Below, in pieces: positions 38,393 to 44,225 of a stretch of DNA of 64,000 nt; position 1 is the first letter of the stretch, and every line of letters begins with the position of its first letter. The notes under the pieces were generated by a model. That model searched no databases and was not told where the DNA came from. It worked only from the letters and a program-made list of their open reading frames with translations. The translations under genes were made by a program, and so were the position numbers. Origin of the DNA: Armatimonadota bacterium (GTDB taxonomy: Bacteria; Armatimonadota; Armatimonadia; Armatimonadales; Capsulimonadaceae); assembly GCA_025354405.1 (NCBI GenBank), contig JANXMY010000042.1, positions 13,615 to 77,614 of the forward strand. The letters run 5' to 3'.

Positions 38393-39157
38393 ATGTTTAG
38401 CGGAATTTACACCTATAATATTGACGGCAAGGGCCGCATCGTCATGCCAAGCCGCTTTTTGGAACGGCTCGGCAATCCTTTTGTGCTGGCTGGCTGCCCC
38501 GGTGGGAATCTAATCGCCGTGTCGCGGCCTGAGATGCTTCCCGGCGCGACGGCAGCCCACGGCTATGTCGAGTGCAGCATCCGGGACCGGACAGGCCGGT
38601 TCGTCATCCCCAGTGCGCTGCGCGAGTTTGCAGAGCTGCATCAGACTGGCGAGGCGACGGTAATCGGTAAAGGAGACGAAGTCGAGATTTGGAACAAACG
38701 CCGCTGGGAGTTCCAGGCTCAGGGCGAGCGGCCGTCTGGCATTCGTTCGGAAGTGTCCTCCGGGTACGCACCATTGCTGGACTTCTCCCCCACTCCCGTA
38801 ACATCCGCGATCATCCGGCAGAAAGCACTCTACGGGCAGCCGTTTTTTGAGGTCGAGGGCATGCTGACAGTCATCGATACCGAGCGAATTATCACGCGGC
38901 TGGAAACGGCCCTGCGCGGCAAGCCACGCACTGTTTTTCTCGATCTGCGCGGCGTGGAAACGATCGACGCGGCCTTCTTCATGGCGATGGAGCCGTTGAT
39001 CGCGCAGCTTGCAACCTATGCCGGGCGGATGGCGGTTCTGACTGAGCGGGTGGATGTGGCGACATTAGTCGAGCGACTCTGTGGATTGAAGTATGTACGT
39101 GTTTTTCGAAATTTGGAATCGGGGCTTTGGTGGCTGGTAGATGAGGGGCACGCGTAA
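38393..39157 (+). CDS. MraZ-like (double SpoVT/AbrB-type) DNA-binding domain fused to a C-terminal STAS (anti-sigma antagonist-like) domain
   Basis: N-terminus MFSGIYTYNIDGKGRIVMPSRF, a second repeat RDRTGRFVIPSALREF, then EVEIWNKRRW, all as in MraZ. The C-terminal ~100 aa (RTVFLDLRGVETIDAAFFMAMEPLIAQLATYAGRMAVL) look like STAS, but with Ala-Ala where the phosphorylatable Ser normally sits. Confidence 0.7.
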   Translation: MFSGIYTYNIDGKGRIVMPSRFLERLGNPFVLAGCPGGNLIAVSRPEMLPGATAAHGYVECSIRDRTGRFVIPSALREFAELHQTGEATVIGKGDEVEIWNKRRWEFQAQGERPSGIRSEVSSGYAPLLDFSPTPVTSAIIRQKALYGQPFFEVEGMLTVIDTERIITRLETALRGKPRTVFLDLRGVETIDAAFFMAMEPLIAQLATYAGRMAVLTERVDVATLVERLCGLKYVRVFRNLESGLWWLVDEGHA

Positions 39158-39212
39158 GTCGCAACGGATCCCAATCAGTCTATTTAGTAACTAGGAAGCA
39201 CAATTGCAAAGT

Positions 39213-39244
39213 GGCCCGGCGAATCATAATGGATTCGCCGGGCC
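39213..39244 (+). terminator. Strong stem-loop after the MraZ-STAS gene (terminator-like, weak U tract)
   Basis: GGCCCGGCGAATC ataatg GATTCGCCGGGCC, a perfect 13-bp stem followed by ATTTCG. Confidence 0.5.
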
Positions 39245-39420
39245 ATTTCGAGTAATGAAAACTCTCGCGCAGCAAGCTGCGGGGTATCTACAGGATTGTC
39301 GGCCTGAGAGCCGACCCTACAGAGTCTCGGCTCCTGAAAGAGCCGAGTATGCCAAAACCGGTAACGGTGCAAGCACCGGGGAATGACACCCGCAGAGATT
39401 CACTCCAAATATTTTCTCCC

Positions 39421-39448
39421 TAAAGCTCTTCGCCGAAACTGCCGATAA
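39421..39448 (+). promoter_or_regulatory. Sigma-28 (FliA/SigD)-type promoter candidate upstream of pilC
   Basis: TAAAG (39421), a 16-nt spacer after TAAA, then GCCGATAA (39441-39448). The consensus is TAAA-N15-GCCGATAA. It ends 38 nt before the pilC GTG. Confidence 0.45.
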
Positions 39449-39485
39449 TGAAGACGGCGCAGAAGAGTGCGCGGGAGGTATTCTT

Positions 39486-40697
39486 GTGGCGACATTTGTT
39501 TATGAAGCAGTAGATCCATCCGGCCGGATCGTAAAAAATAAAGTTGAGGCAGATAATGAGCAGGTCGTGCTGGCAAAGCTCCAGGATCAGCAGTTTCACG
39601 TGATCTCGCTGGGCGAAGCAAAAGCCGGTCTGAAAATGCAGCTTTCCGGCGGCAAAGCTCAAAAGATCAAGCTGCAGACACTCGTAGTCTTTTCGCGGCA
39701 GTTCGCGACGATGATCGATGCAGGTATCCCAATCATCAAGTGTTTGGACATTCTTGAGAGCCAGACCAAAGAAGATGCCATGAAAATGGTCATCAATTCG
39801 ACTCGGAAAGATGTCAAAGGCGGTCTCTCGCTTACGGATGCCATATCAAAGCATCCGAATGCATTCTCCAAGCTTTATGTCAATATGATCCGTGCGGCAG
39901 AAATTGGCGGTATTCTTGATGTGATTTTGGACCGGCTTGCAGGATTCCTCGAAAAGGAAATGGAAATAAAGGGCAAGATCAAATCGGCGATGATGTACCC
40001 GATGATTGTCCTAAATTTCGCGGGCATCATGGTGCTTGCCTTGTTCATGTTTGTTCTGCCGCGATTCAAAGAGATATTTCTCTCAATGAATGTCGAAATG
40101 CCGCCGGTAACGCTGGCACTCTTCGCCGTCGGGGATTGGCTGCAGCAGTATTGGTGGATCGCGCTAATTATTATTATTGGCTCGATTATTGCGTTTAAGC
40201 AATATGCCAAGACGCCTAAAGGCAACTACAATGTCGATAAGCTGAAGCTCAAAGTCCCGATCTTCGGCGATCTGGCCCTGAAACTCAGCATCTCGCGCTT
40301 TGCCCGAACCTTCGGCACACTTATCTCTTCAGGCGTCCCGATGATGCGCTCTCTGGAGATTATCGGAGAGACGTCCGGCAACGCAATTTTGGCGGAAGCG
40401 ATCGTCAATGCGCGTACCTCTATTCGGGAAGGGGCAAAGATCAGCCAGCCACTGGCAGCCTGCGGCCTATTCCCGGCGATGGTGACGCACATGGTAGATG
40501 TTGGGGAAGAAACGGGGCGTCTCTCCGAGATGCTTTGTAAAGTCGCTGACTTTTACGATGACGAGGTAGATGCTATGGTCAAAGGACTGACCTCCATGAT
40601 CGAGCCGCTCCTAATCGTTTTTATGGGAGTGCTCGTCGGCTTTATTGCCGTGTCCGTCATGTCTCCGATCTTCAAGCTGGTTAGCTCAATTCACTAA
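39486..40697 (+). CDS. pilC: Type IV pilus inner-membrane platform protein PilC (GspF family)
   Basis: Two T2SF repeats (FSRQFATMIDAGIPI and FARTFGTLISSGVPM) in 403 aa. The GTG start is 7 nt after GGGAGG. Confidence 0.9.
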   Translation: MATFVYEAVDPSGRIVKNKVEADNEQVVLAKLQDQQFHVISLGEAKAGLKMQLSGGKAQKIKLQTLVVFSRQFATMIDAGIPIIKCLDILESQTKEDAMKMVINSTRKDVKGGLSLTDAISKHPNAFSKLYVNMIRAAEIGGILDVILDRLAGFLEKEMEIKGKIKSAMMYPMIVLNFAGIMVLALFMFVLPRFKEIFLSMNVEMPPVTLALFAVGDWLQQYWWIALIIIIGSIIAFKQYAKTPKGNYNVDKLKLKVPIFGDLALKLSISRFARTFGTLISSGVPMMRSLEIIGETSGNAILAEAIVNARTSIREGAKISQPLAACGLFPAMVTHMVDVGEETGRLSEMLCKVADFYDDEVDAMVKGLTSMIEPLLIVFMGVLVGFIAVSVMSPIFKLVSSIH

Positions 40698-40751
40698 AGG
40701 CCCCGCCCCGCCCCCGGATCGACCGGAACTGCGGCGGGGCGTGGAGTATGC

Positions 40752-42077
40752 ATGGCAGAGACAACGAACGCCGTCGGGGCAACCGTCGGCTGGGATGGTA
40801 GCGATCGACGTGGGCCGGGGCGTTTGGACGATGAGGCCCGTGCGCGACGCCTGCTGACGGAATACAAAAGCGGCGGCCCCGGGGCCGCCGCCGCCCGCGA
40901 CGCGCTGGTCATCCAGTTCCGCCCGCTGGTGCAGAAGCAGGCGCGACATTTCTTCACGTCCTCGGTGCCTCTGGAAGACCTGGTTCAAGAAGGCTTTCTA
41001 GGGTTGATCCACGGGATCGACCAATATGACCCCACCCGCGGGGTGAAGCTGATTACCTACGCCACCCACCACATCGACGGCCATCTGCGGCACTTCCTGC
41101 GAGACCGCAGCCAGATCATCAAAGAGCCAGCATGGCTTCAAGAGATGGCTCAGAAAGTCCGCCGCGAGGCAGATTCCCTGACGCAGGAGTTAGGCAGAGA
41201 ACCGTCGGACAGCGAGGTCGCAACATCCCTTGGCCTGAACGAGTCGGAAGTAGCGCGGATCCGCTCCACGCGCGCCATCTTCTCAGTACAATCCCTCGAC
41301 GAAGCGCAGGAAAATGGGACGGCGCGGGTACAGATCGCCGAAAGTAACACGGAAGCCTCCCGCACAGAGCTTCCGATCGAAGATAAAGTGGTTCTTGAAG
41401 CGGCTTTGTTGCGGCTCAAAGAGATCGAGCAGAAAGTCCTGTACTCTTTCTATTATCAGGATCAGAGCCAGACCGACATTGCCCGCGCTTTGGGCGTCTC
41501 CAACAACTACGTTTCCCACATTCTCAAAAATTCCGCCCGGAAGCTGCAGCAGATGTTCCGCAGCGATGCCGTCCGTGAGGCCGCGCTGCAGTATGAGCGT
41601 CAGCGGCGGCGCCACGCCGCGCATGGCCCGGAAGTAGTCGCGCAGGAGGCGGCGGAGACGGCCCCTACCGTAATCGATTCTGTGACTGGCCTATTCACCC
41701 GAAAGTATTTCGACGATCGCCTGGATGAAGAGCTATCCCGTGCTAAGCGTCACCAACTGGAGTTGTCAATCATACGGGTCCAGGTTGGAGTGGAGCTGCT
41801 AGAAGCTGCACTGTTTGCCAAGATCGCCGACACCGTCAAAGACTGTATGCGCCGCTCCGATCTGGTCGCTCGCTTCGAGGAGCACGAGTTCATCACGCTG
41901 CTGCCTCATACGGGAGCCACGCGTGAAACGGTCGTAGGCCGCCTCCAAAGCCGCCTCTCAGAGCTGGTCGCCACATTCCCCCACCCCTGCACGGTCGCCG
42001 TGGGGCGTTCGTCCTATCCCGCTCAGCGTCAGCGTGCCGACCTGCTGTCGGCGGCACTGCCGCTTGAGGGTGGATAA
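40752..42077 (+). CDS. Group-3 sigma-70 family factor (SigB/F/FliA-like) fused to a C-terminal degenerate GGDEF domain
   Basis: Regions 2-4 span residues 50-270 (LVQEGFLGLIHGIDQYDP, TYATHHIDGHLRHFLRD, an HTH at QTDIARALGVSNNYVSHILKNSARKL). Residues ~307-441 align to GGDEF (DSVTGLFTRKYF ... RRSDLVARFEEHEFITLLP). GGDEF is replaced by EEHEF, the upstream metal/substrate motif is lost, and RxxD is retained. Confidence 0.75.
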   Translation: MAETTNAVGATVGWDGSDRRGPGRLDDEARARRLLTEYKSGGPGAAAARDALVIQFRPLVQKQARHFFTSSVPLEDLVQEGFLGLIHGIDQYDPTRGVKLITYATHHIDGHLRHFLRDRSQIIKEPAWLQEMAQKVRREADSLTQELGREPSDSEVATSLGLNESEVARIRSTRAIFSVQSLDEAQENGTARVQIAESNTEASRTELPIEDKVVLEAALLRLKEIEQKVLYSFYYQDQSQTDIARALGVSNNYVSHILKNSARKLQQMFRSDAVREAALQYERQRRRHAAHGPEVVAQEAAETAPTVIDSVTGLFTRKYFDDRLDEELSRAKRHQLELSIIRVQVGVELLEAALFAKIADTVKDCMRRSDLVARFEEHEFITLLPHTGATRETVVGRLQSRLSELVATFPHPCTVAVGRSSYPAQRQRADLLSAALPLEGG

Positions 42078-42246
42078 TGGTTTCGGTTTGGGAAAGAACG
42101 CCCTAGCTTCGACCAGTGTCGGCACCGGCAACCCGATCGGTTACTGGTACTTGGAATCGTCTACTGGGTCGTCATTTTGGCGATGGTGGGTATCACAGGG
42201 CTGTAGCATCCGGGCAGCTTCGGGACGACGCCGAGTCGGCCGTAGG

Positions 42247-42292
42247 AACCCACCCCGCAGCAAGCTGCGACCCTCCCGAGACGGGAGGGTGG
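42247..42292. repeat. REP-like palindromic element, copy A
   Basis: GAACCCACCCCGCAGCAAGCTGCGACCCTCCCGAGACGGGAGGGTGG, with internal hairpin CCCTCCCG aga CGGGAGGG. Confidence 0.8.
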
Positions 42293-42383
42293 AGCGGTGG
42301 TGGACAAGGGGCTTGTTGGTCTTGGCAAGCGTCTCTTTAAAAAGGCGGCATCAAGAAGACAAACTTTGCGACTGCCTTCCCGC

Positions 42384-42430
42384 CCACCCTCCCGTCTCGG
42401 GAGGGTGGGCGCTTGCTGCGGGGTGGGTTC
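42384..42430. repeat. REP-like palindromic element, copy B (inverted relative to A)
   Basis: Its reverse complement is nearly identical to copy A. It lies in the convergent gap between the sigma-GGDEF and PadR genes. Confidence 0.8.
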
Positions 42431-42464
42431 ATACTGCTGGAACCATTCTTCCATACGACTAGTA

Positions 42465-42836
42465 TCAGGCGGACTGGACATGGATTACTCCTCCCGAACC
42501 ATTTTCCGAATTTGTACCGAGAACGGCGTTAACCGCGCTCGAAAACCGCTGCCAGGAGCGGCGCGACGCGGCGAGTTTGGCGTGACCAGCCTCCGTCAGC
42601 GTGTAGATACGCCGGGAAGGGCCGCTGGGCTGAATTTCCCAGGTGCTTTCCACCAGGCCGTCGCGCTCCAGAATACGCAGCGTGGGATACAAAGCCCCTT
42701 CGCCGACTTTGAGGGCGTCGGCACTGAGGCGCTGAATCTCACGGGCAATCGCATAGCCATGATTTGAGCCATTCGACAGGACCGAGAGGATTAAGATCGG
42801 CGTACTGCCTTTTTTCAATTCCTGATCTTCGTTCAT
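42465..42836 (-). CDS. PadR family transcriptional regulator
   Basis: ILILSVLSNGSNHGYAIAREIQRLS ... GALYPTLRILERDGLVES, a winged-HTH signature. Confidence 0.85.
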   Translation of the reverse strand: MNEDQELKKGSTPILILSVLSNGSNHGYAIAREIQRLSADALKVGEGALYPTLRILERDGLVESTWEIQPSGPSRRIYTLTEAGHAKLAASRRSWQRFSSAVNAVLGTNSENGSGGVIHVQSA

Positions 42837-42845
42837 CTGTCAATT

Positions 42846-42866
42846 ATACATCGCAATCTCATGTAT
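42846..42866. promoter_or_regulatory. Inverted repeat in the PadR/NDH-2 divergent region (candidate PadR operator)
   Basis: ATACAT-N9-ATGTAT at 42846-42866. Confidence 0.3.
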
Positions 42867-42917
42867 GTCAAGGCAGAATAAGTGATTGTCAGGAGGTGTA
42901 TTTGGGTAATATTAACT

Positions 42918-44225
42918 ATGGCTAAGAAACAGATTATTATCGTCGGTGGCGGCTTCAGCGGCTTAAAATTAGCGCAGACTTTAGAAAAGATTGCGGTACC
43001 GCGAGACGACATCGAAGTCACGCTGGTCAGCCGGGACAACTTCCTGCTGTTTACTCCATTCCTGACCGAAACACTGGCTGGAATGCTTGACGAGGGCGAT
43101 GTTGTCTCTCCGCTGCGGGCGTTTCTGAAGAAGACCCGTTTTATTATGGGGGAAGTCACGGCGATAGATGTCAAGGCAAAAACGGTAACTTATCGAAGGC
43201 CATTAAATGATGAAACAGAGACCCTGCAGGCGGATCATCTGATCTTGAGCCTTGGCAGTACGTCATCGTTTTTCGGACAGACGGAGATCGAAAAACTGGC
43301 GTTTACACTGAAGTCGCTGGATGACGCTTCTCTGCTGCGAAACCATCTGATGGCGGCACTCGAGCAGGCAAATGAAGAGACTGACACGACTGCCCGGCAA
43401 GCATTGCTAACCGTGGCAGTCGTCGGAGCTGGGTACACGGGTGTGGAAGCAGCCGGAGCGATTCGTGACCTGATGAAAGACGCCGCCCGCGCCTACTCTC
43501 AAATACGACCGGATGAGATACGGGTAGTGCTGATCGACATGGCCGAGAAGATACTCCCGACCATCGATGCATCCCTTGCAAAATACGCTTTGCGGCAGCT
43601 GAAAAAGCGCGGCATCGAGATTCGCCTAGGACAGAAGATTGAGAACGCCAACGAGAATGCGATCACGCTCAGCAAAGGGGAGATCATACCAACTCGTTCG
43701 CTCCTCTGGTCGGCGGGTGTGATGCCGTCACCACTGACTCAGATGCTAGACTGCCGAAAGGATAGGCGAGGCGCAATTCTGGTCGAGCCAACGATGGCTA
43801 TCAAGGAAATTCCCGGGGTCTGGGCGATGGGCGACTGCGCTTCAATTCCCAATTTACTTGAGGAGGGCCGCCCCTACAAAGGGACGGCACAAAACGCGGA
43901 ACGAGAAGCAAAGAAACTGGCGCGGAATGTTCTCGCCGTGCTGCGCGGAGAGGAGCCTCAGCCGTTCCTCTTTCGGAGCCTCGGAGAGTTCATCGTGCTG
44001 GGCGATCATGTTGCCGTGGCGCAGATCAAGTGGCTCAGGTTCTCCGGATTTTTGGCCTGGTTTCTGTGGCGCACGGTCTACTTGGTCAAAATCCCGCATT
44101 GGAGCCGCAAGGCGCGTGTGGTTTCCGGCTGGACACTGGATCTGCTGTTTGGCCGATCCTCGGTAGAGACGGAAACGCCGAGACTGCTTCGCGGCCATGT
44201 TTTAGACCGAAGCACCAAAAGCTAA
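42918..44225 (+). CDS. ndh: Type II NADH dehydrogenase (NDH-2) / FAD-dependent pyridine nucleotide-disulfide oxidoreductase
   Basis: KQIIIVGGGFSGLKLA and a second fold VAVVGAGYTGVE, then GVWAMGDCA and a C-terminal membrane-associating helix. Confidence 0.8.
   Translation: MAKKQIIIVGGGFSGLKLAQTLEKIAVPRDDIEVTLVSRDNFLLFTPFLTETLAGMLDEGDVVSPLRAFLKKTRFIMGEVTAIDVKAKTVTYRRPLNDETETLQADHLILSLGSTSSFFGQTEIEKLAFTLKSLDDASLLRNHLMAALEQANEETDTTARQALLTVAVVGAGYTGVEAAGAIRDLMKDAARAYSQIRPDEIRVVLIDMAEKILPTIDASLAKYALRQLKKRGIEIRLGQKIENANENAITLSKGEIIPTRSLLWSAGVMPSPLTQMLDCRKDRRGAILVEPTMAIKEIPGVWAMGDCASIPNLLEEGRPYKGTAQNAEREAKKLARNVLAVLRGEEPQPFLFRSLGEFIVLGDHVAVAQIKWLRFSGFLAWFLWRTVYLVKIPHWSRKARVVSGWTLDLLFGRSSVETETPRLLRGHVLDRSTKS

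Noticed and set aside
39184-39386. Two ~60-aa ORFs, one on each strand, in the spacer before pilC; examined as possible pilin genes
   Set aside because: Neither has a class III signal peptide or hydrophobic N-terminus. Both overlap strong hairpins.
42034-42767. ORFs of 142, 74, 106 and 156 aa spanning the REP-like pair and the PadR antisense strand
   Set aside because: They run through palindromic repeats, which read open in both directions, or lie opposite padR. There is no SD and no recognisable family.
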